This document shows, piece by piece, positions 32,889 through 42,700 of a DNA stretch of 64,000 nt (within the stretch, counting starts at the first letter, position 1; each line of letters opens with the position of its first letter). Under the pieces are notes generated by a model. That model ran no database searches, was not told where the DNA came from, and saw nothing but the letters and a program-made list of their open reading frames with translations. The stretch is from NCBI GenBank assembly GCA_965225945.1, contig CBDDBZ010000032.1, forward strand, positions 256,001 through 320,000, read 5' to 3'. The stretch comes from Alphaproteobacteria bacterium (GTDB taxonomy: Bacteria; Pseudomonadota; Alphaproteobacteria; GCA-2731375). Both the position numbers and the translations under genes were made by a program.

Positions 32889-33750
32889 TCAGGGACAGTT
32901 GGTTGTCATTTCCAGCGCCCGCCGGGCGGCGGTCTCTGGGGTGATTATGGTGTTTTCGAACTCCTCTGGTGATAGGTATCGAAGCGCCGAGTGGAGGCGC
33001 GTCTTGTTGTAGACCTCTTTGATGAAGCTGGCGATGTCGCTCTCGGCGTGGGCGATGTCCCGGTAGGGCCTGCCCTCAACCTCCTCTGTCTTCAAGGTCT
33101 TCATGAAGCTCTCCGCCATGGCGTTGTCGTAAGGGCAGGCGATCCGGCTCATCGAGGGCAGGATGCCATGGGCCTCCAGGCGGGCGATGTAGTCGCCGGA
33201 GGCATATTGAACGCCGCGATCGGAGTGATGCACCAGGCCATCGGGGATCACCTCGCGCTCCAGAAGCGCCATATCCAAGGCCGCCAGCGTCAGGCTCGCC
33301 TTCAGATGATCGGCCAAGGCCCAGCCGATGACGCGCCGGCTGTGCGCATCGAGCACGACCGCCAGATAGGCGAAGCCCTCCAGCAAGCGAACATAGGTGA
33401 TGTCGGCGACCCAGAGCTGGTTGGGGGCCGTCGTCTCCAACCGGCGCGCCAGGCTGGGATAGATCCGATAGCTATGCTTCGAGTCCGTGGTAGCCGGCGC
33501 GAAGCTCCGTCGACGCAGGCATAGCAGATTGTCCTCGCGCATCAAACGCAGCACCCGCTTGTGGTTGACGCTCCAGCCCTCGCGCCGCAACAGCGCCCCG
33601 ATCCGCCGATAGCCGTAATGTTTGTTGTCGATCGCCCAAGCGCTGGAGCTTATCGCGTAACGCCGTTTCCTCAGCCCTCGGCCTCGATGCCCGCCAATGG
33701 CGGTGAAAGCTCGATCGGCTCAGCCCCATCAGATCGCACATCCGTCCCAT
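32889..33750 (-). pseudogene. IS3 OrfB integrase with a +1 frameshift near 33636
   Basis: YGYRRI, WVADITY, HHSDRGVQY, DNAMAESF; one extra G in TTGGGCG (may be a sequencing error). Confidence 0.85.
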
Positions 33751-33752
33751 GC

Positions 33753-34211
33753 TCAATCCGCCTTGCCGCCGCGACCCGGCCCGGACGAGGCCGAAGACGC
33801 GCTCCCGCCAGAGCGACCGTTCGCTCCGCGGCAGCTCTCCGAGAGCCGCAAGGCTTGCCTGAAAAAATCCGCTTCCAAGGCCTGCTGGCCGACCTTCCGC
33901 TCCAGCTCGGCGATCCGCCGGCGCGCCAGGCTCAGGGCATCCGGCCGGACCGCCGGAACAGCACTTTCGGACCCGGCGCGGAGGCCTTGCGCCCGCCTCC
34001 CTCCGACGACCGTGCTTCCCTTTCTGGGCCGGCCGGGCGGGCGCAAGGCCTCCGCGCCGCCCGCTCGGTAGGCATCGCGCCACTCGTAGAGCAGCTTGCG
34101 CCGGACCTCGAGCTCGCGTGACAGCGCCGAGACGTTCTCGCCCGACTCCATCCGCGCCAGCGCCGACAGCTTGAAGTCTCGGCTGAAACGCCGTGCACCT
34201 TTTCGTTCCAT
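33753..34211 (-). CDS. IS3 OrfA
   Basis: RRFSRDFKL HTH, RIAELERKVGQQALEADFF zipper; GAGGAGG RBS. Confidence 0.9.
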   Translation of the reverse strand: MERKGARRFSRDFKLSALARMESGENVSALSRELEVRRKLLYEWRDAYRAGGAEALRPPGRPRKGSTVVGGRRAQGLRAGSESAVPAVRPDALSLARRRIAELERKVGQQALEADFFRQALRLSESCRGANGRSGGSASSASSGPGRGGKAD

Positions 34212-34410
34212 CAGTTCCTCCTCGGAAGAACTGTCACTCATTTCTCTGTGTCAGGACAGGGGTGCGGTCCACCGATTTCCGGGGACCAGATTTCCGGGGA
34301 CAGTTGCCGATTTCTTAATTCCCTGCCGGTTTTCGCCCACATTCAAAGAGTTCTCAAAGACATCGTGATCCACGGTCCGCCCTTCATCTCATGGTGGAGG
34401 GTCGCCCAAG

Positions 34411-34440
34411 AGTAGTCTGGGGACAGTAGTCTGGGGACAG
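34411..34440 (+). repeat. Tandem AGTAGTCTGGGGAC x2 ending in GGGGACAG
   Basis: Read directly from the sequence; lies at the right island boundary. Confidence 0.85.
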
Positions 34441-34565
34441 TTTTCTATTTTTGCAACGTGGCAAATTCCTGCCTTGAGGTCGAGCCATGGCCCGCTCGGC
34501 ATGTCTCGACCACGCGATCGGCGCCACTTGCCCCGCTTGCTCGCGGCGACAGCACCCGCCCGCCC

Positions 34566-35246
34566 TCACCCCCCCCCCTCGACGATCACATGCTCTCGCG
34601 TGATGATCAGCGGGATGGGTTCGTCGGGCAAAAAATTCGGCTCGTCGGCTCGCGTCGCGCGGTAGGCCTCGGAGCGCGCCGAGGCCCGCATGGCGTCGGT
34701 GTCGTCGAACCAGGTGATCGCCAAGCCGTCATACCTCGGCGCCCGGCCCGACGTATAGGCGCCGAGGCGGACGTGGCTCTGCACGTAGCGCCGGATCTGG
34801 GGAATCTTGGCGGCCAAGGGCCCGTGGACCTCGCGCCAATAGCGCTGGAACGCCTCGACTTCCAGACCTGGGCGGCGAGTCACGAACTCGACGTTCTTGA
34901 CCGCGCCGTCCGGAATTTCGCCGTCGAGGATGACGTGCTCGTCCAGCAGCATCAGCACCATGGCCGAGCGGTCGATGAACTTGGCCTCGTCTTCCTCCAG
35001 GTCGCGGTACTCTCGAGTCCCCGCCAGATGCTTCAAGGCGGCGAGATCGTCGAACCAGAGCTCGGCGATGCCGTCGTGGACCAGCTCGCCCTTGGCGTAG
35101 CCGGAGAGCCGCGCGTGGCTCTGCACGTAGCGCCGGAGACCGGGTAGGCGCGAGACCACCCCGGCGTGGCGGCTGTGCCAGTATTCCTGGAACGGCTCCA
35201 GCGCCATGCCGGCCTTGCGCTTGATGCAAACCGCGACCTTGAGCAT
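34566..35246 (-). CDS. Tandem EthD-domain protein
   Basis: Two repeats of FQxYW..H...RRYVQSH...DG(I/L)A(E/I)xWFDD. Confidence 0.88.
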   Translation of the reverse strand: MLKVAVCIKRKAGMALEPFQEYWHSRHAGVVSRLPGLRRYVQSHARLSGYAKGELVHDGIAELWFDDLAALKHLAGTREYRDLEEDEAKFIDRSAMVLMLLDEHVILDGEIPDGAVKNVEFVTRRPGLEVEAFQRYWREVHGPLAAKIPQIRRYVQSHVRLGAYTSGRAPRYDGLAITWFDDTDAMRASARSEAYRATRADEPNFLPDEPIPLIITREHVIVEGGG

Positions 35247-35276
35247 CCCGGCTCTTCCCCTCCGACCCGCCGCCGA

Positions 35277-36866
35277 TCAGTAACCGATCGCGCAGCCGTC
35301 CTTCCTCGGCTCCGAGCCGGCGGCGAGCGTGCCGTTCTTCCAGTCGATCGAGATGACCTGGCCGCCGCCCCACGGCATCTCCGGCCGGCCGACCCGGTGG
35401 CCCAAGGCGGCGAGCCCGTCCATCACCTCCTGGCCGAAACCGCGCTCGACCTCGACCCGGCCCCGGACGTGGAAGACGCGGGGGCAGTCCAGCGCCTCCT
35501 GCGGGTCCATGGCGTAGTCGATCAAGTTGGCGAGCACGTGGGCGTGGCCCATCGGCTGGAAGTGACCGCCCATGACGCCGTAGCTGTGCGCCACCCGGCC
35601 GTCCAACATGCACATGCCGGGGATGAGGGTGTGCAGCGGCCGCTTGCGGGGGCCGACGCAGTTGGGGTGGCCCGGCTCGACCCGGAAGCCGCAGCCCCGG
35701 TTCTGCAGCATGACGCCGCTCTTCGGCGCCGAGAGCGAGGAGCCGAAGTTGAAGAAGAGGGAGTTGATGAAGGAGACCGTGTTGCGGGCCTTGTCGACCA
35801 CCGTCAGGTAGATCGTGTCGCGATGGGCCGGCGCCTGGGTCTCAGGCAGCGAGGCCATGGCGCGATCCGCCGAGATCTCGGCCCGTGAGCCAATCGCGAA
35901 CTCGCCCGACAGCAGGTCGCCCACCGGCACCTGGGCGTAACGCGGATCGGCGACATGGTCGTCGCGCGCCCGGTAGGCGAGGCGCGAGGCCTCGATCTCG
36001 AGATGCAGCCGTTCGACCCCCCTCGGATCGAGGCTCGCCAGATCGAAGCCCGAAAGGATATTGAGCATGATCAGCGCGGTGATCCCCTGGCCGTTGGGCG
36101 GCATCTGATAGACCTCATGGTCGCCGTAGCGGGTCGAGATCGGGGTCACGTATTCCGCCCGTTGCTCGGCGAAATCGTCGAGTTCGTGGCACCCGCCCTT
36201 GGATTGGAGGTAAGTGACGATGTCCTCCGCCACCCAGCCGTCATAGAATCCGTCGCGACCCTTCGCCGCGATCTCCTTCAATGTCTTGGCGAGCTTCGGT
36301 AGCCGCATCCGCTCGCCGACCTTGGGCGCCCGGCCGTCGATCAGAAACTCGGCCGCGCTGGAGGGCTCGGCCGCCAGGCGATGGGCGGCGCGCGACCAGT
36401 CGAGGGCGACGCGGGGCGTGATGGCCCAGCCTTCCTCGGCGTATTTGATCGCCGGTTGCAGCGCGCGGTCGAGGCCGAAGCTGCCGTGGTCGGCCAACAA
36501 CGTCTCCCAGGCGTCGATCGCGCCGGGCACGGTCACCGCGTGCGGCGTCTCGGCGACGATGGCCTCGATCCCGCGTTCCAGCAAATGCTCGGCGGTCAGC
36601 CCCTTGGGCGCCCAGCCGGAGCCGTTCAGGCCCACCACCTCGCCCTCGCCGCCCTTGACGTAGAGGGCGAAGCAGTCGCCGCCGATGCCGGTCGACTCGG
36701 GCTCCACCACGCATTGCACGGCGCACGCCGTCACCGCCGCGTCCATGGCGTTGCCGCCGTCGCGCAGCGCGTCGATCGCCGCCAGGCTCGAGAGCGGATG
36801 GGAGGTCGCGGCCATTCCCTCGGTGGAATGGACGGTGGAACGACCCGGAAGCTGCAGGTCACGCAT
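35277..36866 (-). CDS. ggt: Gamma-glutamyltransferase family protein
   Basis: GGNAMDAA, GIGGDCF, DTIY (catalytic Thr), KRPLHTLIP, GVMGGHFQ, SEPRKDG. Confidence 0.93.
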   Translation of the reverse strand: MRDLQLPGRSTVHSTEGMAATSHPLSSLAAIDALRDGGNAMDAAVTACAVQCVVEPESTGIGGDCFALYVKGGEGEVVGLNGSGWAPKGLTAEHLLERGIEAIVAETPHAVTVPGAIDAWETLLADHGSFGLDRALQPAIKYAEEGWAITPRVALDWSRAAHRLAAEPSSAAEFLIDGRAPKVGERMRLPKLAKTLKEIAAKGRDGFYDGWVAEDIVTYLQSKGGCHELDDFAEQRAEYVTPISTRYGDHEVYQMPPNGQGITALIMLNILSGFDLASLDPRGVERLHLEIEASRLAYRARDDHVADPRYAQVPVGDLLSGEFAIGSRAEISADRAMASLPETQAPAHRDTIYLTVVDKARNTVSFINSLFFNFGSSLSAPKSGVMLQNRGCGFRVEPGHPNCVGPRKRPLHTLIPGMCMLDGRVAHSYGVMGGHFQPMGHAHVLANLIDYAMDPQEALDCPRVFHVRGRVEVERGFGQEVMDGLAALGHRVGRPEMPWGGGQVISIDWKNGTLAAGSEPRKDGCAIGY

Positions 36867-37107
36867 GGGCGTACCTCGTCGTCGGGAACGGGATGCGCGG
36901 CGATAGATCGGAACGTCGCGTCTCGCGGTGACTATAAGCCGAGCCCCTGCCGGCTGGCCAGTCACGGGGTCGGGAGCGCCGCCGGGAACGCCGCCGGGAA
37001 CGTTAGACCCGCACCTCGCGCGGGGCTGGTGCGCGAATTCGGCGCTGGTAGGTCCGAGGGCGCGGACGCATCTCTAGCTCCGTCGTATGTTCCCTGGAGT
37101 CGTTTCG

Positions 37108-38067
37108 ATGTCCCTCGCGCCAGTGGCCGAGAGCCCCAATACCATCCCCGCCGGAATCGCCAACTTGGGCGTAGCCACCCTGCTGTTTTCCTCCATGGAC
37201 GCGTTGGTCAAATGGCTGAGCGCGGACTATTCGGTCTGGCAGCTGATGTTCTTCCGCGCCGTCTTCGCGCTGCTGCCACTCGCCCTCGTGATCCATCGCT
37301 CGGGCGGCGTTGCGACACTGAAGACCAAACACCCCTCCGCGCATGCGATCCGTTCCACCATCGGCATCGCCGCCATGGGGCTCTTCTTCCTGGCCTACGC
37401 CACCATGCCCTTGGCCGACGCCATCGCCATCGGCTTCACCGGGCCGCTGTTCCTGACCATCCTCTCGGTGCCGCTCTTGGGCGAGAGGGTGGGGCCGCGG
37501 CGCTGGGGGGCGGTGATCGTCGGCTTTCTCGGCGTCCTGTTGATCGCGCGGCCCGGCGCCGGCGCCTTCGGCTGGACCGCGCTGCTGCCGCTCGGCGGCG
37601 CCCTCGGCTTCGCGCTGGCGATGATCTGCGTCCGTCGGATGAGCCGGACGGAGAGCAACGCGGCAATCGTCTTCTATTTCTCCGCCGCCTGCGCGGCGGT
37701 CTCCGGCCTGGCGCTGCCCTTCGTCTGGGTGACGCCGGACCTCGAGGGTTTGCTCGGTCTCGTCGCCATCGGCGTCGTCGGCGGCACGGCGCAGCTCTTC
37801 ATGACCCAGGCCTTCCGCCTGACTCCGGCCCGGGTGGTGGCGCCGTTCGAATACACCAAGATCATCCCGGCCATCGGCTTCGGCATGGTGCTGTTCGCCG
37901 ACATGCCGGATAGCTGGACGCTGGCCGGCGCCGGCGTGGTGATCGCCTGCGGCCTCTACATCCTGCACCGCGAGGCGGTGCGCCGCGCCGAGGCGAAGGG
38001 CGAGGCGGCGCCCGCGCGGCCGCGGGGCAACGAAGTTTGCCCCGGGGCCGCGATTGCCGGATCATGA
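37108..38067 (+). CDS. DMT/EamA transporter
   Basis: About 10 TM helices; LGERVGPRRW, IARPG, APFEY. Confidence 0.9.
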   Translation: MSLAPVAESPNTIPAGIANLGVATLLFSSMDALVKWLSADYSVWQLMFFRAVFALLPLALVIHRSGGVATLKTKHPSAHAIRSTIGIAAMGLFFLAYATMPLADAIAIGFTGPLFLTILSVPLLGERVGPRRWGAVIVGFLGVLLIARPGAGAFGWTALLPLGGALGFALAMICVRRMSRTESNAAIVFYFSAACAAVSGLALPFVWVTPDLEGLLGLVAIGVVGGTAQLFMTQAFRLTPARVVAPFEYTKIIPAIGFGMVLFADMPDSWTLAGAGVVIACGLYILHREAVRRAEAKGEAAPARPRGNEVCPGAAIAGS

Positions 38068-38112
38068 GTCTGGAGCAATGCCGATCCGCCCGAATTACGG
38101 GGAAAGAACGGG

Positions 38113-38421
38113 ATGAAGACGACGACGCCCAGTGAGGCACGGCGCCTCATCGGCGAATTTGTCCGCGACGAAAGCGGGATGTCGCGTGCCGACTGTCTTT
38201 TCATCCAACTGGTGCTGGTCGTAGGGATCGCGGCGGGGGTTTATGTCTTCGGCGAGCGCGGCGAGCCGGCCACCGGCGAAGCCGCCATGGCGTCGCCGAG
38301 CGAGGCCGACGCGGTGATCTTCGGTCTGACGGGCGTCGAGATCACGCTCTCGCTGCTCTCGCTGCTCGCGGTGGTGGCGTTGATTTTCGTCGTCAGGCTG
38401 GTCGTCGAACTGCGCCGTTGA
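38113..38421 (+). CDS. Small membrane protein with an Flp-pilin-like leader
   Basis: FVRDESG followed by a hydrophobic helix, plus a second C-terminal TM helix. Confidence 0.55.
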   Translation: MKTTTPSEARRLIGEFVRDESGMSRADCLFIQLVLVVGIAAGVYVFGERGEPATGEAAMASPSEADAVIFGLTGVEITLSLLSLLAVVALIFVVRLVVELRR

Positions 38422-38457
38422 TCCGATTGTGCTCGGCCGTCACGCTCGAGGGAGGGG

Positions 38458-39453
38458 ATGAACATGGCGACATCGGGCGGGATCGGCGAATTTCGCGTGG
38501 CGCCGAGCGAACTCGGCTTCCTCGGCGAGGGCCTGACGCGGCCGGAATGCGTGCTCTGCACCGCTAACGGCGACGTCTACGTCTCCAACTTCGAGGGCGG
38601 TGTCACCCGGATTCCGGCCCGGGGCGCGCAACACGACATCGTCGATCGCTCCCGCCCGATCGGCACCAACGGCTTCGCGATCACGGCCAAAGGCGAATTT
38701 CTCTGCGCCAACCTGCACCCGGAAGGCGGCGGCGGGGTCTGGCGGGTCCGGCGCGACGGAAGCTCCGAGCCGTTCCTGGTGGAGCTCGACGGCCGCCCCC
38801 TGCCGCCCGCCAACTTCGTCGGCATCGACCAGGCCGGCCGGGTCTGGATCACCGTCTCGACCTGGCGCGAGCCGCGCCAGCTCGCCTACCGGGCGGACGT
38901 CGCCGACGGCTTCATCATCCTCCTCGACGATCGCGGTGCCCGGATCGTGCTCGACGATTGCGGCTACACCAACGAGGCGATCGTCGATCCCTCGGGCGAG
39001 TGGCTCTACGTCAACGAGACCATGGGCCGGCGCACCCGGCGCCATCGGATCCGGGCCGACGGCTCCCTCGGCCCCCGCGAGACGGTGGCCGAATACGGCG
39101 AGGGCGTCTATCCCGACGGCCTGGCGCTGGACGAGGCGGGGGGCGTGTGGATGACCAGCGTGATCTCCAACCGGGTGATTCACGTCGCCCCCGACGGGAC
39201 GCAAACCGTGATCATCGAGGAGAATGATCCCGCCACCCTGGCCGAGATCGAGCGGGTCTACCTAGCGGGCGAGCTCGCCGCCGAGCATATGGCACGGGTC
39301 GAGGCGGAGATCATGCGCTCCGTCAGCTCGATCGCCTTCGGCGGCCCGGACCGGCGCACCGTCTATCTCGGCAACCTGTTGGACCAGCGCATCTACAGCT
39401 TCCGCTCACCGATCGCCGGCGCCGCGCCGTCGCACTGGGAATTCGCCTGGTAG
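38458..39453 (+). CDS. SMP-30/gluconolactonase/LRE family protein
   Basis: RPEC, NGFA, LYVNET, PDGLALDEAGGVW, IAFGGPD. Confidence 0.9.
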   Translation: MNMATSGGIGEFRVAPSELGFLGEGLTRPECVLCTANGDVYVSNFEGGVTRIPARGAQHDIVDRSRPIGTNGFAITAKGEFLCANLHPEGGGGVWRVRRDGSSEPFLVELDGRPLPPANFVGIDQAGRVWITVSTWREPRQLAYRADVADGFIILLDDRGARIVLDDCGYTNEAIVDPSGEWLYVNETMGRRTRRHRIRADGSLGPRETVAEYGEGVYPDGLALDEAGGVWMTSVISNRVIHVAPDGTQTVIIEENDPATLAEIERVYLAGELAAEHMARVEAEIMRSVSSIAFGGPDRRTVYLGNLLDQRIYSFRSPIAGAAPSHWEFAW

Positions 39454-39720
39454 CGCTCGCGGTCGGCCGAGCCCTGTCGCCAGGGCGCTTCGCGACGGGG
39501 CCGAATCCACCCTCGACATCGGCCGCTATATCGGCAAGTGCCGACAAACGGGCATCGACCCTCTTGTGACGTCGATGCGTGATGCGCCGTGTCCCGGAAG
39601 GGAAGTCGTATGCCCACTTCCGCGCCTCATGGGCCCGACCGATCGTCGCCAGTCGAATGGCCGTCGATTTTCCTCGGCCGTCTCGGCTAACATGGTGATC
39701 ATGGCCACCGGAGCAGAGGC

Positions 39721-42700
39721 GTGAGCGGCGATATCGAGCAGTGGCTCCAGAGCTTGGGGCTCGAGAAGTACGCGACCCTATTTGCCGAGAACGACGTCGA
39801 TCTGGAGGTCGTCCCCGAGCTCTCCGACGACGAGTTGAAGGAGCTCGGGGTTTCCCTCGGGCATCGCAAGAAGCTTCTGAAGGCGATTGCCGCGCTCAAG
39901 CAAGGCTCCGGTGCCGTGGCCGATGCCGGGGCGCCGTCGGCCCGACCCGTTGCCGAGAGGCCGCGAGCCGAGGCCGAGCGGCGGCAGTTGACGATCATGT
40001 TTTGCGACCTCGTGGGTTCGACAGAGCTTTCCGCGCGGCTCGACCCGGAGGACCTGCGCGACATCATGCGGCGTTACCAGGATAGCGTGGCCGGCGCCGT
40101 CACCCGCTATGGCGGCTACGTGGCGAAGTATCTGGGCGACTGGGTGCTGGCCTATTTCGGTTGGCCACAGGCACACGAGGACCAGGCCGAGCGCGCGGTC
40201 AGAACCGGGTTGGATGCGGTCGCCCAGGTGGAGAGCATCCGGCTGGACGGCGGCTCGAGCCTCCGAGCCCGAGTCGGAATCGCCACCGGCCGGGTGGTGG
40301 TGGGTGATTTGGTCGGTGATGCGGCCTCGGACGAGGAAGCCGTGAGCGGAGAGACCCCGAACCTGGCCGCTCGGTTGCAAGCCGTGGCCGAGCCGGGTCG
40401 GGTCGTGATCGGCCCGGCCACCCGCCGCCTGATCGGCCCAGCCTTCGATCTGGAAGACCTCGGTCTTCTGACATTGAAGGGGTTTCCCCGGGCCATCGCC
40501 GCGTGGCGCGTCGTCGGAGAGAGTGCCGCGGAAAGCCGTTTCGAGGCGGCGCACGCCGATTCGCTCACCCGCCTCGTGGGTCGGGAGCACGAGCTAGCCC
40601 TGTTGCGGGAGCGATGGGAACTGGCGAAGGGTGGGGAAGGTCAAGCGGTCCTGTTGTCGGGCGAGGCCGGCATCGGAAAGTCGCGCATCGTCCGCGCGGT
40701 ACGGGAGTTGGTTGGTGACGATCGTCATTACCGGCTGCGCTATCAGTGCTCCCCCTATCACGCCAACAGCGCGTTCCATCCGATCATCCAACGGCTGGAA
40801 CGGGCGGCCGGCATGACCGGGGAGGATCCCGTCGAGGTCAAGCTCGACAAGCTGGAAGCGTTGCTGGGGCTTTCGGCGGTTGACCTGAAATCAATCGCGT
40901 CCCTGTTTGCCGCCTTGTTGTCATTGCCGGCCAAAGATCGCTACGGCACCCTGGACCTCACACCCGGACAGCGCCGGAATCAGACCTTTGCGGCGCTTGT
41001 GGGACAGGTGTTGGCGCTGAGCCGTCAACGACCCGTTCTATTCGTGATGGAAGATGTCCATTGGATCGATCCGACGACCCAGGATTTCGTTGGCGAGGTG
41101 ATCGCTCAGGTCGCCGATGCTGCCGTCTTAGTACTGGTGACGCATCGGCCCGAGTATGTTTCCCAATGGACGGGCTTTCCTCACGCCACCTCGCTCGCCC
41201 TCAACCGCCTGAGCCGCGAGCAAGCCGCGGGAATCGTCGAGGCCATCGGCGGCGCCAAACTGGACGACGCGGTCGCGGAGAGGATCGTGGCGCGCGCCGA
41301 CGGCGTACCCCGGTTCGTCGAGGAGTTGACGAAATCGGTCCTCGAGGCGAGCGAGACGGCGGGGCAACCAATCGCGGCCGATGCGATACCGGCGACGCTT
41401 CAGGCGTCCTTGACGGCCAGCCTGGATCGGCTCGACGAGGCGAAACGCATCGCGCAGATGGGCGCCGCGCTCGGCCGCGAATATTCGCACGAACTGATCG
41501 CCGCCGTGTCGGGGGAAACCGAGCCGAACCTGGGTTCGGCGCTCGACCGCCTGGTCGACGCCGAGTTGGTTTTCCGCACCGTCACGACGCGGAATACCAT
41601 CTACACCTTCAAGCATGCGCTGATACAGGAAGTCGCCCACGAAAGCATGCTCAAGAGCAGGCGAACCGAACTGCACAGGCGGATCGCGGAGACGCTGGAA
41701 ACGATGTTTCCGGCCATTGTCGAAACGGAGCCGGAAGTTCTCGCCCGTCACTATTCCATGGCGAACATGGTCGATCCGGCCATCGCGTATTGGCGGCGCG
41801 CGGGCGAATTGTCCGTCGAGGCGTCAGCCAACTCGGAGGCGGCGAGCCATTTCGAGAATGCCCTCGGGCTGCTCGCTTCGTTGCCCGAAGGCGACGGCCG
41901 GGACGAGCTGGAGCTCGAGTTGCGGATCGCGCTCGGCGGGCCGTTGTTGATGACCAGGGGACACGGCGCGCCGGAGGTCGGCGAGACCTATTTGCGGGCA
42001 CGAGAGTTGTGCGCCAAGTTGGGGAACTCACCGCAGATCGTGCCCGCGCTGTTCGGCATGTGGCGCTTCTACATCGGTCGGGGCGACTGCACGATTACCC
42101 GCGATCTGGGGCGCCAGCTCTTGGAACTCGGCGAGCGCGCCGACGACATGCCGGCCATCGTGCTCGGCCACTATGGGCTCGGGTTTTCGCTGTTCTGCTA
42201 CGGCGATCTGAAGGAGGCTCGCGTCCAGCTTGAGGACGGATACAAGCTCTACGACCGGAACATGCGCGACGATCTATCCTTTCGCCTCGGCCAGGACCCG
42301 GGTGTCGCATGCCTCTCGTATTGCGCGCTGGCTCTGTGGGTCCTCGGCTATTGCGACCAAGCGAAGCACACGACCCAGAAGGCGTTGACGCTGGCGGAGG
42401 AGCTGTCGCATCCCTTCAGCAGTGCCTACGCGCTCAGCCTTGCCTGTCAGGTTTACCAGCATCGGGGTGAGGTCGATGAATTGCGGAAGGTGTCCGAAGC
42501 CGCCATCAGCATTTCCCGCGAGCAGGGATTTTCGGTTTGGATCGCGTCGCCGACGATCTTTAGGGGTTGGGTGCGCGCGCAGCAGGATAATGCAATCGAG
42601 GGCGCTCAGGAGGCGCATGATGCCGTACAAATTGTAGCTGCCGGCATGGAAATGCGCCGGCCGTACTATTTGGCTCTCGTCGCCGAATGCCATCTTTCGG

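Larger units (their letters stand above)
32859..34271 (-). mobile_element. IS3-family element
   Basis: TIRs TGGAGTGCACCCCCTGGATGACACA and (rc) TGGACCGCACCCCTGTCCTGACACA; 4-bp TSD CCGA. Confidence 0.93.
32839..34303 (+). repeat. Tandem GATTTCCGGGGAC(A) x3 array, split by the IS3
   Basis: Units at 32839-32854, 34272-34286 and 34287-34303 become contiguous after removing the IS3 and one CCGA. Confidence 0.85.

Noticed and set aside
33630-33642. Programmed frameshift in IS3
   Set aside because: The shift lies inside orfB at a G run, not at an orfA/orfB slippery site; it is a mutation or sequencing error.
32839-34440. Short repeats as a CRISPR array
   Set aside because: Units are 14-17 bp, directly abutting, with no spacers and no cas genes.
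36977-37000. 12-bp tandem CGCCGCCGGGAA x2 (also 13-bp CCGCATCCCGTGG x2 at 43871-43896)
   Set aside because: Isolated slippage-type duplications without the GGGGWCAG motif.
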